Shown here: in pieces, positions 41,200 through 51,800 of the stretch
Position numbering within the stretch: position 1 is the stretch's first letter
Layout of the letters: each line of letters starts with the position of its first letter
Assembly: GCA_944389225.1 (NCBI GenBank)
Contig: CALXLP010000001.1
Coordinates: 42,303-106,302, forward strand
From: an uncultured Clostridia bacterium
Lineage (GTDB): Bacteria > Bacillota > Clostridia > TANB77 > CAG-508
Direction of reading: 5' to 3'
Length of the DNA stretch: 64,000 bases
Translations under genes and position numbers: made by a program
Notes under the pieces: generated by a model
What the model was told of the DNA's origin: nothing
Seen by the model: only the letters and a program-made list of their open reading frames with translations
Databases searched by the model: none

Positions 41200-41788
41200 A
41201 TGAATATAAAAAATCCCCAATTTAAAATATCTGCAGTTGGTCCAAAACAATATCCTAAAAACCATCTACCTGAAATTGTTTTAGTAGGAAAATCAAATGT
41301 AGGAAAATCTAGTTTTATCAATACCATGATAAATAGAAAAAAATTAGCAAGAACTAGTAGCGAACCTCGGAAAAACCCGTCAAATCAATTTTTACAATAT
41401 GGATGATATCTTTTATTTTGTAGATTTACCTGGCTATGGATATAGTAAAATGTCCAAAAAAAAGCAAGAACAAGTAGGAAAATTTATAGAGCAATATTTA
41501 TTTCATAGAAAAGAAATTACATTAATTATCTTTTTGATTGATATTCGTCATAGTCCAACAAGTAATGATAGACTGATGTATAACTATATCATTTCTTCTG
41601 GATTACCTTGTTTAATCCTTGCTAATAAAGCAGATAAAATTGCTATTACAAAAGTAGATGATAGTGTAAAAACATTACAAAAAGAATTAAATCCTATTGG
41701 AGATATCCCTACTTTACCTTTTTCTTCTGAAAGAAAAATATATAAAGAAGATGTGTGGAATTTTATAGAACAATATATAAAGAACTAG
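41200..41788 (+). pseudogene. engB: ribosome biogenesis GTPase EngB/YsxC, reading frame broken by a 1-nt insertion
   Basis: Frame 1 reads ...[13 protein letters not shown]...LARTSSEP. After removing the C at 41368 it continues [27 protein letters not shown].., joining track ORFs 41200-41406 and 41399-41788. G1 and G3 motifs are intact. Confidence 0.85.
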
Positions 41789-41821
41789 GTATAATCCCTA
41801 GTTCTTTTTTTATAATATTAA

Positions 41822-42010
41822 TTACATTTCTTTTCTTTTTTCTAGTTTTGTTATCACTTTTAAAGCTTTTTCTCTTGGAAGTATTACAACATGTCCACAT
41901 CCTTCACATTTCAATTTAAAATCTACGCCTACTCTTGTAATTTCCCATAATTTACTTCCACAAGGGTGTACTTTTTTTGTTCTTACAATATCTCCTATTT
42001 TATATTCCAT
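41822..42010 (-). CDS. DUF951-family small protein
   Basis: KKVHPCGS..W...R.G.D.KLKCEGCGH pattern. Confidence 0.7.
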   Translation of the reverse strand: MEYKIGDIVRTKKVHPCGSKLWEITRVGVDFKLKCEGCGHVVILPREKALKVITKLEKRKEM

Positions 42011-42023
42011 AGATTTCCCTTCT

Positions 42024-42749
42024 TTATCTTCCTTGTTCTATATCTTCACCAGTTTGTTGATTCCAATCTGGTTTTGCATGTATCTTCATCATCTCATCTT
42101 CTGCCTTTCTATCAACTTCACTATAACTTGTATATGATAGTGGAGGTAATACTTCCACTTTTCTTACTCCTTGTGATGATTTTTGTGTATAGTTCCAGCT
42201 TCTTAATAATTTCATTCTTCTTTGATTTATATCTTCTCCATCTTCAACTGATAATGCTGGTAAAATAGATACAATCCCATTTTTTTGCATAACCTCTGAA
42301 AACATTTGCTCAAATTGTTCCATTGCTCTGAATTTATAACTATGGCTTGGTCTTTGTCCATGTCTGTCCATTTGCATTAATGTATCCCAATGTGATTTTT
42401 TTAATAAAGATGATTCTTGCATTCCTTTTAAAGTAATGCTTGGTGGTAATTTATCAACAATTTCTGCATAGTGTTTCATTTCCTGTAATGGCTCACCATC
42501 ACTACTACCAATGATGGTTTCCCAATCTACATATAGGATATTAGTCTTTGTTGATTCTGTTTCTATTGGATTTAATAAATCCATCCCACTAATTACTTTT
42601 TTATGTTCATCCACTTGTACAACATTTCCGTCTATATCTCTATATTCATTTCCCTGTTGGGTTAATAATTTTCCCTTTTCATCAATTCTTCTTCCATTTT
42701 CATCAATTGTAGGTCTTTCCCCACATAAAACTAATAATTTTCCATCCAT
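42024..42749 (-). CDS. hypothetical protein (241 aa)
   Basis: Clean ORF between gltX and the DUF951 gene. No motif recognised. Confidence 0.45.
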   Translation of the reverse strand: MDGKLLVLCGERPTIDENGRRIDEKGKLLTQQGNEYRDIDGNVVQVDEHKKVISGMDLLNPIETESTKTNILYVDWETIIGSSDGEPLQEMKHYAEIVDKLPPSITLKGMQESSLLKKSHWDTLMQMDRHGQRPSHSYKFRAMEQFEQMFSEVMQKNGIVSILPALSVEDGEDINQRRMKLLRSWNYTQKSSQGVRKVEVLPPLSYTSYSEVDRKAEDEMMKIHAKPDWNQQTGEDIEQGR

Positions 42750-42775
42750 ATTTCTACATCCTTTATTTCAATATT

Positions 42776-44428
42776 TTATTTTTTCTTTGCTACTTCAAAT
42801 CTTTTTTTCATACTCTCTTTTCCTAATACTTGCATAATCTCATACATGTCTGGTGTATTCGTTCTTCCTGTTAATGCTACTCTTAAAACTGTACTAACAT
42901 CTCCTACATGTGCTTTATATGCGTCTGGATTTGCTTTATATTCTTTTACTTCTTTTGCATATCCAAGTTCTCCTGCAAGTTCTTTTATTTTGTCAAACCA
43001 TTGTTGTTTATCATCATTTTCATTATAGTATTTTTCCATATACAAATCTAATATTTTATCAACATCTTCTTTTTCATGAATCACTTGATATGGATACTCT
43101 TGTTCTTTTGCAAAGAATTTTTCATCATACATATATTCTATGTTTTCTTTTACATCTGACCATTTTGCAATATCTTTTCTAGGCTTTTTGTTTCCTCTTT
43201 CAATTCCAAATATTTTTAAAGCATATTGCTTATCTTGTAACATCTCCTCTAATTCTTTATCATATGTTTTTGCCCAATTGAAAGCATTTTCATATACTTC
43301 TTCTGCAGTAAACTTAGAAATAACGGTTTTTCCTACATCTAATAATTTTACCATATCAAATAAAGCCCCACTGACACTCATTTTGTTTAATTGTAATTCA
43401 AATTCATCAATAGACTTATCTTTATTTGCTCTTCTCCAATTTTCAAAATTAGAATTGGCAATATTTAATAAATATTCATTTACCGCTTCTTTTGGAATTC
43501 CCATTTCATCATAATATGATACAGCTGCTTCTGGATCTTTTCTCTTACTTAATTTTCTCTTATTTCCATTATCATTTTTCATGATTGGCGCAATATGTGC
43601 ATATTTAGGTGGTTTAAATCCTAATTCATGGAATAATTGTAAATGTAATGGAACTGATGATAGCCATTCATCTCCTCTAATAACATGTGTTGTTCTCATT
43701 AAATGGTCATCTACTGCATGTGCAAAATGATATGTTGGTAATCCATCTGCTTTGATAATAACGATATCTTGGTCATTTTCTGGGAAATCTACATTTCCTT
43801 TTATCACATCATGATGTTTTATTTTTCTATCTTCACGTCCAGGTGATTTAAAACGAACAATATAATTCTCTCCATTATTTATCTTTTCAATGGCTTCTTC
43901 TACAGTTATATTTCTACATTTTGCCCAAACACCATAATATCCTGGTCTAATTTTAGCTGCTTCTTGCTTAGCTCTCATTTCTTCCAATTCTTCAGGTGTA
44001 CAGAAACAAGGATATGCCTTTCCTTGTTCAATTAAGTATTTTGCATAACTTTGATAAATCTCTTTTCTCATAGATTGTCTATATGGACCATAATTTCCTT
44101 TTCCCTCTGTTTCTGAAATCATTCCCTCATCAGGTTCTATTCCAAATCTATCCAAAGATTGCACAATATCGGTTATTCCATTTTCTACTTCTCTTTTTTG
44201 ATCTGTATCTTCAATTCTTAATAAAAATACACCTTCTGTTTGATTAGCTAACTTTCTAGCAATCAAAGATTGATATAATCCTCCTATATGTACAAATCCT
44301 GTTGGACTTGGTGCAAATCTTGTTACAATTGCTCCTTCTTTTAAATTTCTCTCTGGATATTTTTCCTCATAATATGTGATATCCTTTGCATCTGGAAATA
44401 TTGCATTTGCTAAATCTTTGTAATCCAT
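42776..44428 (-). CDS. gltX: glutamyl-tRNA synthetase (long form)
   Basis: Contains RFAPSPTGFVHIGG (HIGH-type) and KLSKRK (KMSKS-type). Confidence 0.88.
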   Translation of the reverse strand: MDYKDLANAIFPDAKDITYYEEKYPERNLKEGAIVTRFAPSPTGFVHIGGLYQSLIARKLANQTEGVFLLRIEDTDQKREVENGITDIVQSLDRFGIEPDEGMISETEGKGNYGPYRQSMRKEIYQSYAKYLIEQGKAYPCFCTPEELEEMRAKQEAAKIRPGYYGVWAKCRNITVEEAIEKINNGENYIVRFKSPGREDRKIKHHDVIKGNVDFPENDQDIVIIKADGLPTYHFAHAVDDHLMRTTHVIRGDEWLSSVPLHLQLFHELGFKPPKYAHIAPIMKNDNGNKRKLSKRKDPEAAVSYYDEMGIPKEAVNEYLLNIANSNFENWRRANKDKSIDEFELQLNKMSVSGALFDMVKLLDVGKTVISKFTAEEVYENAFNWAKTYDKELEEMLQDKQYALKIFGIERGNKKPRKDIAKWSDVKENIEYMYDEKFFAKEQEYPYQVIHEKEDVDKILDLYMEKYYNENDDKQQWFDKIKELAGELGYAKEVKEYKANPDAYKAHVGDVSTVLRVALTGRTNTPDMYEIMQVLGKESMKKRFEVAKKK

Positions 44429-44430
44429 TT

Positions 44431-44661
44431 TTATCTTTCCTCTCCTTCTATTTTTCTTGCATTTTTCGTTTTGCCCTTATGAAAAACCTTTTCTTCGTCC
44501 TCTTGTTTTTGATTCATTTCTGCTATTAATTGAAATAGATGCTCACTAGTAAATTTTGTTCTCTCTTTCATAGACATTTTTCTTTTTAGTATTCTTTTAA
44601 TTTCATTTAATGGTTTATGTTGATTCTCTCGAATAATTTCAATTGCTTCTTCTTTTGTCAT
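44431..44661 (-). CDS. hypothetical small basic protein (76 aa)
   Basis: The ORF ends 2 nt before the gltX start, so it is probably co-transcribed. Confidence 0.4.
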   Translation of the reverse strand: MTKEEAIEIIRENQHKPLNEIKRILKRKMSMKERTKFTSEHLFQLIAEMNQKQEDEEKVFHKGKTKNARKIEGEER

Positions 44662-44852
44662 ATTCTCTTTCCTCTCTTCTATAGCATCTTTATGTCAAAC
44701 ATTATACTATATTTTTAAGTATTTCACAAGTCCTTTTCTTTAGTTTATGAATGCTTTTCTTGAAATTTCATTATTGTTTAAATTTCCATACGTCTTTATT
44801 ATAAATCATCATAAAAATATATTTATCTTTAACCTATAACAAATTTTAGGAA

Positions 44853-45731
44853 TTAATCTTTTTGCCTTTTGGACTGCGAACGCATTTTGTTTAACACTTT
44901 AACCGATCTAAAAATCTTAGAATTTCTGAAATTTTTTATTGATTCTGGTATATGAGATACATATACTCCTAAAATGATACATAGCACACATAAAATTATT
45001 TCTAATAATGACATTCCTTGTGGTAAAAGAACAAATATAGATCCAATCGTAAAACCGATAATGCTATAAAAAGTTTGTGCATAATATTTTTCTAACAATT
45101 TTTTGGTTAATTTCATCACAATGATACTACCTAATATCAATCCAATTCCAAGAGGAATTAAAACAGGTAAATATAAATTGGCAACAGATTGCAAATATAC
45201 AGAATAAACACCTAATAACATTAAAATAATCGTGCTACTAACACCTGGTACAACAATTCCAACAGACATAATAGCTCCACACATAACTAAATACATAATA
45301 CTTATATTGTCTAGATTAGTAATACTATGCATTCTATTTTCTAATACCACTGTTATAATTCCAATTGCTAATGCTATCAACAAAAAAATCACATTTTGTG
45401 GTTTGAATTTTTCTTTTTCATTGACTTCCTTTATTAAAGAAGGAATGGTTCCAATGATTAATCCAATAAATATAGATTTGGTTTGTATTGGAAATTCATA
45501 CAAAAAATAATTTAGCATATTACTAAATAATAAAACACCTATCCCAACACCTAAAGCAATCGGAAATAAAAACTTTATATTTTGTTTTATATCTTTAAAA
45601 AAATTTAGAACAGCATCTAATAATTTTTCATAAATGCCAAAAATTACACATAACACGCCACTACTAACACCAGGCACAATCGCTCCCGCTCCTATAAAAA
45701 TACCTTTTATGATATTTAAAAATCCATTCAT
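44853..45731 (-). CDS. DUF368-family membrane protein (putative undecaprenyl-phosphate translocase family)
   Basis: Duplicated VPGVSSG/VPGVSST motifs and multiple TM helices. I prefer the start at MNGFLNII (RBS GAGGAG). Confidence 0.75.
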   Translation of the reverse strand: MNGFLNIIKGIFIGAGAIVPGVSSGVLCVIFGIYEKLLDAVLNFFKDIKQNIKFLFPIALGVGIGVLLFSNMLNYFLYEFPIQTKSIFIGLIIGTIPSLIKEVNEKEKFKPQNVIFLLIALAIGIITVVLENRMHSITNLDNISIMYLVMCGAIMSVGIVVPGVSSTIILMLLGVYSVYLQSVANLYLPVLIPLGIGLILGSIIVMKLTKKLLEKYYAQTFYSIIGFTIGSIFVLLPQGMSLLEIILCVLCIILGVYVSHIPESIKNFRNSKIFRSVKVLNKMRSQSKRQKD

Positions 45732-46081
45732 AAATATACTCCTCAAAAAAATATATAGAAAAACTCATATGTTCCCTTCTTATTTTATGAATTTCTTTTT
45801 ATTTCATTCATTCAAAAAATATTTTTTCGTAATTACCTATAATTATAAAAATTAAATAACTTATTACACAACATATTAAAATAATGTTGTACTCTTGACC
45901 ATAAATTATGTATCCTTTTAAAATTTATAGATTTGAATTTTTGAATTTTAATAAAATTTGATTTAAATTGTAGATTTATATTCATATTCAGACCTAAACT
46001 AAAGTTATCTTAACTTACCTTAACTTGACTTGACCTAAATTTGTTTTGTTTGATTAAAATTTATTCATATAATTTTGTGTA

Positions 46082-46369
46082 CTATGAAAAATATGTAAAA
46101 TAAAGACTTGCCCGTTTCTCTTTATCAACTTCATAAATGATAATATAATTATTCACTTTCATTTTTCGTACATTTTTTGTCTTATCTTTCCAATCTTCTA
46201 GTTTTACATATTTTTCAGGTAAATAGCTTAAATTTGAAATATAATTTAAAATTCTATTTACTATTTTCTTTGCTGTACTTTTCTCTTTAAAATAATATTC
46301 TATATAAAAATGAATATTTTGTAAATCATTACGAGCCTTTGGAGACCAAATAATTTTATAAATCTTCAC
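46082..46369 (-). CDS. type II toxin, RelE/ParE family
   Basis: A GTG start overlaps the antitoxin stop. Reads VKIYKIIWSPKARNDLQNI...YIIIYEV, a typical ParE/RelE pattern. Confidence 0.7.
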   Translation of the reverse strand: MKIYKIIWSPKARNDLQNIHFYIEYYFKEKSTAKKIVNRILNYISNLSYLPEKYVKLEDWKDKTKNVRKMKVNNYIIIYEVDKEKRASLYFTYFS

Positions 46370-46715
46370 TAAGATGATACTTCGCCTCCATTTCTGCCAC
46401 CACTTCTTCCATTGGAATTCCCTTTCCTTCTTTAATCTCTTGCATTGCTTCTTCAATTTTTTTTAAAATATCTTTTTGAAATTCCTCAAAAGTAGCATAA
46501 TGTTTATCAAAATGTTCTGATACCAATCTATCAATTCTCTCTTCCTCTGTTTCTTCTAATCCTTTTGTTAATTCTTCATATGCTTCATCACTTAAAATGA
46601 CCAAATCATTTGTTCCATTCTTTGTGATATACATTGGTTCTTTTGTTTCATGACATATTTTTGAAATTTCATTATAATTATTTCTCAAATCTGCACATGG
46701 TCTAATTAAAGCCAT
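46356..46715 (-). CDS. type II antitoxin, Phd/YefM family
   Basis: MALIRPCADLRNNYNEISKICHETKEPMYITKNGTNDLVILS. AAGGAGG RBS upstream of the ATG at 46715. Confidence 0.75.
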   Translation of the reverse strand: MALIRPCADLRNNYNEISKICHETKEPMYITKNGTNDLVILSDEAYEELTKGLEETEEERIDRLVSEHFDKHYATFEEFQKDILKKIEEAMQEIKEGKGIPMEEVVAEMEAKYHLSEDL

Positions 46716-46979
46716 AAAAGCACCTCCTTGTTTTATAGGCAAATTATATCAAAATTATGATATATTTGCAAGTTATTTTTATAATATTCCATATTTTATA
46801 ATTTTTTTGAAGTTCTAAAATGTTTTTTGAATTCATTAATTATCTTTTTTCTAATGGTCAGGCACTTTTATTGTTCTCAAACATATAATTTGTTATGCGA
46901 GATTTTAATGTACATTGAAATCTATTTTATTACTCATACATTTAAAATTTTCTTATTTTATATATTTGGAGGTGCCTAT

Positions 46980-47693
46980 ATGTTTTCTGCACTTTGTATG
47001 TCTGGTATTTTAGGATTTATTGAATTTCTAAAATCCTCTGTATTTTTAGTAGGATATATTTCTAGTAGTAATATATTCCCTGAACCATTAACATCTGAAG
47101 AAGAAAAAATGTATTTAAAACAAATGAAAAGCGGTGATGAAGAAGCAAGAAACATTTTAATTGAAAGAAATCTAAGATTGGTCGCCCATATTAGCAAAAA
47201 ATATTCAACTACAAATGTTGAACAAGATGATTTAATTTCAATTGGCACCATTGGTTTAATCAAAGGAATCAATAGTTTTAACATTGACAAAGGATCTAAA
47301 CTTTCTACATATGTTTCCAGATGCATTGATAACGAAATATTAATGCACTTAAGAGCCACAAAAAAATTAGGTGCTGAAGTCTATTTAAATGAACCCATTG
47401 GAAAAGACAAAGACGATAACGTCATTACTTTACAAGAAATATTAGAAAATGATGAAAGAAACATCGAAGATACAGTTGATATTAAAATGAAAATTAAATT
47501 ATTATATGAAAAAATGAAGTCTATTTTAAAGGATAGAGAAAAAACGATTTTGGAACTTCGTTTTGGTTTAGGTGGTCATAAACCAAAAACACAACATGAA
47601 ATTGCCAAAATGATGGGTATTTCTCGTTCCTATGTTTCTAGAATTGAAACCAAAGCAATTGGAAAATTGTCTAAAGAATTTAAAAATTTGTAA
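46980..47693 (+). CDS. sigK: sporulation sigma factor SigK (pro-sigma form, uninterrupted)
   Basis: Hydrophobic pro-sequence, then FPEPLTSEEEKMYL, LIERNLRLVAHISKK, DLISIGTIGLIK, NEILMHLRATKK and GISRSYVSRIE. GGAGGTG RBS before ATG 46980. Confidence 0.8.
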   Translation: MFSALCMSGILGFIEFLKSSVFLVGYISSSNIFPEPLTSEEEKMYLKQMKSGDEEARNILIERNLRLVAHISKKYSTTNVEQDDLISIGTIGLIKGINSFNIDKGSKLSTYVSRCIDNEILMHLRATKKLGAEVYLNEPIGKDKDDNVITLQEILENDERNIEDTVDIKMKIKLLYEKMKSILKDREKTILELRFGLGGHKPKTQHEIAKMMGISRSYVSRIETKAIGKLSKEFKNL

Positions 47694-48002
47694 AATGTGT
47701 TGTTCTTTAGTTTAGTTTTGTATAATTTTTACAAGATTTTAATATTTTATACTTTTTTACAAATTTTTTGTAACTATTTTACACATTTTATTCTACTTTT
47801 TACACAAAATATCTATGAATTAGATAAAAATTTGATAAATTCGAATGAATAGTCTCATTATTTTTGTAAAATTTTAAGAAAATTTTATCATTTTTTTGAT
47901 TTTTGAAAAAAGTTTTTTAATTAATTTTTACTTATATGTATTGTTTTTATTGCTTTTTTGTTACTTTTTTACAAAAATATTACATTTTTGTTACAAAAAG
48001 TG

Positions 48003-48031
48003 TTGACATTTGTAATTTTTTATTCTACAAT
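48003..48031 (+). promoter_or_regulatory. near-consensus sigma-A promoter
   Basis: TTGACA (48003-48008), a 17-nt spacer, then TACAAT (48026-48031). Confidence 0.65.
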
Positions 48032-48107
48032 TAATTTGTAGTAGTTAAAAAACTACATTTTGCTAAAGATTTTTATGATTTACGATAGATAAAAGGAGTG
48101 ATATACA

Positions 48108-48275
48108 ATGGATATGGAAAGGGAAATTTACCCAAAATCGAATTGTTTAGCTTTAACAGTTAGAAAAGAACATAGATTAGTTTGTATTAATAGGGCTGCT
48201 AGAAAGACAATTAGAGTTTCTTGGAAAACTTTATTATATGCTCTATTCTTAACAATTGCCAATATTTTTGTTTAG
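48108..48275 (+). CDS. small basic protein with hydrophobic C-terminal tail (55 aa), missing from the ORF track (below its size cutoff)
   Basis: AAAGGAG RBS 9 nt before the ATG. Reads MDMEREIYPKSNCLALTVRKEHRLVCINRAARKTIRVSWKTLLYALFLTIANIFV. A promoter lies upstream and a terminator downstream. Confidence 0.5.
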   Translation: MDMEREIYPKSNCLALTVRKEHRLVCINRAARKTIRVSWKTLLYALFLTIANIFV

Positions 48276-48296
48276 AAATTAATATAATATATATAG

Positions 48297-48331
48297 AAAA
48301 ACCTCAGATTTGATTCTGAGGTTTTGTTTTT
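48297..48331. terminator. bidirectional rho-independent terminator between convergent genes
   Basis: AAAACCTCAGA-TTTGAT-TCTGAGGTTTT followed by a T run. Confidence 0.8.
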
Positions 48332-48342
48332 ATTCGTCTGGT

Positions 48343-48822
48343 TCAATCATTTTTCTCATCTATGTTACTTTCGAAATAAAAATTATATGCATCTATTAGA
48401 TTTGTTGTTGTTACTAATTTTATGTTTCCTATCTCATTCGCTGGTATTTCTTCTAGTTGGTATGAAAATCTAGCAAATTCAGAATTATCTTCTTTTACAA
48501 ATACAATAGAAATATCTTGCTTATCTATTTTCTCCTGATTATTTTCTATATCGCATTTTAAATAACTTGCATTTTCTTTTATATCTAAACTAATATTCTT
48601 TACAGATCTTCCTTCGAATTCTTTATCTTGTAATAATTCTTGAGATATTTCTTTTCTTTCTTCTTCATTGACTGTTTTATTACTTTGCATTTTAAAAATT
48701 ATTATCCCTATTCCTGTAATAATCAATAATATTATTATAACAATGAAAACTTTCTTTTTAGATATTCCTGTTTTCTTTTCGCTATCTGCAAATCGTTTTC
48801 CTCTTTTACTTTCTCCTGACAT
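48343..48822 (-). CDS. membrane-anchored hypothetical protein (159 aa), last gene of the sortase operon
   Basis: Basic N-terminus, a TM segment (VFIVIIILLIITGIGIIIF) and an extracytoplasmic domain. Confidence 0.5.
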   Translation of the reverse strand: MSGESKRGKRFADSEKKTGISKKKVFIVIIILLIITGIGIIIFKMQSNKTVNEEERKEISQELLQDKEFEGRSVKNISLDIKENASYLKCDIENNQEKIDKQDISIVFVKEDNSEFARFSYQLEEIPANEIGNIKLVTTTNLIDAYNFYFESNIDEKND

Positions 48823-48891
48823 AAAAAATCACTTTCCCTTTTATTTAGATAGATAAAAGATAGGAATAATCCTATCTTTCATCTTATAAAA

Positions 48892-51800
48892 CTATTCTGT
48901 AACTTTATATTCTAATGATAGTTCACTTGTTGCTAATTCTTCCGTTACTGTCCATTCAAATCCTACATTTTCAATATATCTAATACCATCTACACCATTT
49001 TTAAGATCACTTATTATATAAGTTTTTGTTGTTTCTCCTATTTTTACTTGTACAGTATTTCCATCTAATTTTCTTGTCTCTGATATTTTTACTGTTGCTG
49101 GTAATTCTTCTTTAATATAATGTGTAGTTGTTTCTCTTTGTGTTTCGTTAAATATTTGATCAAATATACTTTGTAAACTTTCTGCTGTTCCGTCTTTTGC
49201 CTCTTTATATTTATCTGTTGATGATGCTATATTGTTTTTAAGGATTCTTCGTGCATAACTTTGTTCACTTTCCCAATGATAGTAATTTCCATCATTTGCT
49301 CTGATACAATTATCTGCACCGCAACCAGTCTTTGAATTTTCAATTTCTGTTACTTCTTTTGATAGTGTTATTTCTCTATCTCCCCATCTTCTCTCTTTTA
49401 CTGTTATTGTATATGTTAGTGTTAAAGATCCGTTTGCTGGTACTGTAACATTTTCCCAAGTTACTGTACCCCATCTGTCATATCCTCTATTAGAAATATT
49501 ACTAATTCTAACATCATCTGTAGAACCTGCATAGTCATTAACTGTAACAGTTCCATTCTTATCACTATTATTAGTTAGTGTAATAGTATATTTTACTTCA
49601 TCTCCACTTGAAGCTTTATTTTCTGTAGTTTCTTCTCCATTTATTGTATAAGATTTTGTTGCTGTTATATTAGCAGTACTCATATTTGGACATAATGTAT
49701 ATAATGCTGCTTTTTGAGATTCCTCATTATCTCTTACTGTATATAATTTATCAATTCCTAATCCTATTGAATAAACTGTAGCTTTTTGTCTTAAAGCTTC
49801 TGCTTGAGATATAATATTATCCTCTGTATTTTGGCTATAATCTCCATATTTTGTTCCCCAATCATCTTTATTGCCATTGTATATATAATAAGGTTGTGTT
49901 GGAGCTCCGTCTCCTAAGAATACTACTACTGGTGTTCCATTTTTCAATTTTTCACTATTCTTTGTTATTAATGAATTTACTTCTTTTAATGCTTCATTAA
50001 TATTTGTTCCACCATCTGCACCTAACCATGTTATTGTAGATTTTACATCGCTCTTATCATCATATCCTTTTGCTATAAATTTTGTATTAGCTTTTGAAGA
50101 GAATGTTATTAATGATACCGTTGAATCTGTTCTCTTTTCGTCTGGGAATAATTTATCTATCATATTATTAGCTGCTGTTTTCATATTAGACAATCTGCTA
50201 TAATTATTCATACTACCAGATACGTCTAAGACTAGAATTAAGTCGATTGGCTTTTCTTGTTTTGCTATTGAATATACTTTTTTAATAACTTTTGTTGTTG
50301 CTGTTGGGGTATCACCATTTACATTTGCTGTATTAATAATATCCTTACCACATGTTTGCTCTGTTATTTTTACTTTGAAAACAAGTCTTAATTCTTCATC
50401 TTGCTTTGTTAATTCTCCTGTATATATAACTTTCTTTTCATCACCATCTACAACATAATGATCTCTATCTGAAACTGATTTTCCATTTACTGTTATACTG
50501 TTTGGTACATATTCTGTTCCAGTTGGAATCCTATCACTAATATTTACTGGTGTTGTTACATTCGTTAAATTCTTAACTGTGATTGTATATGTTAATTCTT
50601 CTCCAAATTCTGCTTCAACTTTATCTACTGATTTTGTAGCTTTTGTTTGTGGTTTTTCTACTTCATATCCACCATCATCTGGTGTATTTGCTCCATTTAC
50701 AATTGCTATATTATTTGCTATTTGATTACTATATGTTCCTTCTTCAAGAGGATCTACTGTTACATCAAAAGTAATTGTTAATGTTTTTCCAGCTACTAAT
50801 TCATAAGCAGTTAAACTTACTACTCTATTATTAATTGTAACATCTTCTACTGGTGTTCCATCATTTAAAGTTGCTACTAATGAGTTATCTACATATGTTA
50901 CATCATCTGGTATTTTATCTGTAACATTAATGATATCAGATTCTGTTCCATTATTTTCAACTGTAATTGTATATCTGATTGTATCTCCTTCATGTGCTTT
51001 TCTTTCTGTTGTTTGACCTAATGAGCATTCTACGATTGCACTAGATTTTGATGCTGTAATATGTGGTTTAACAACATCATATTCACCTGTTGTATCTGTT
51101 GTTGTTTCTCCATTTACTGTTACTACGTTTGCATCAATTGTTTTACCATATACACCTTCTGGTAATGAATCTACTTGTACTGTAAATTTAATAATTAATG
51201 TTTTGTGTGCTTCTAATGTATAGTCTGATAACATTACTTTTCCATTATTTACTGCAATACCTGAAACTGCACTTCCATCAACTGTTGCCTCTACAGTTCC
51301 TTGTACATATGTTAATCCAGATTTGATTGTATCTTCAACTGTTACTTTTCCTGATGTTTCTCCTGAATTAGTTACTTTTATTTCATATTGAATTTGATCT
51401 CCTTCATGCACAATTGTTCCTGTTGTTTGATTCTTACTACATGATACAATTGAACTTGATTTTTCAGTAGTAATAATAGGTTTTACTACTTCATAATCAC
51501 CTTTTTCGTCTTCTTTATTATTACCATCTACTACAGCAATATTTTTACCAATTACTTTGTTTGATACACCTTCTGGCAATGTATTTACTTGTACTGTAAA
51601 TTCAATTGTCAATGTTCCACCTGTTGTTAATGTATAATTTTCTAATTTTACAACCCCATCTTCTACTTTTGCACTTGTTATTTCTGTTCCTGCAAAGTTT
51701 GCTTTTAAAGTTCCATCAACATATGATAGTCCTTCTTTAATTGGGTCTGTAATATTAATTTGTTTTTCCACAGTTCCATCATTTTTTACTGTAATTGTAT

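Noticed and set aside
41447-41470. Repeat-like string AAAATGTCCAAAAAAAAGCAAGAAC inside engB
   Set aside because: It matches only the A-rich first third of the repeat and lacks the CGTCCCC and TTGTCCC modules. It encodes KMSKKKQEQ within a conserved protein, so the match is chance similarity.
46980-47693. sigK interrupted by a skin-like element, as in B. subtilis and some clostridia
   Set aside because: All sigma regions 2-4 are contiguous in one ORF and no recombinase is nearby, so the gene is intact.
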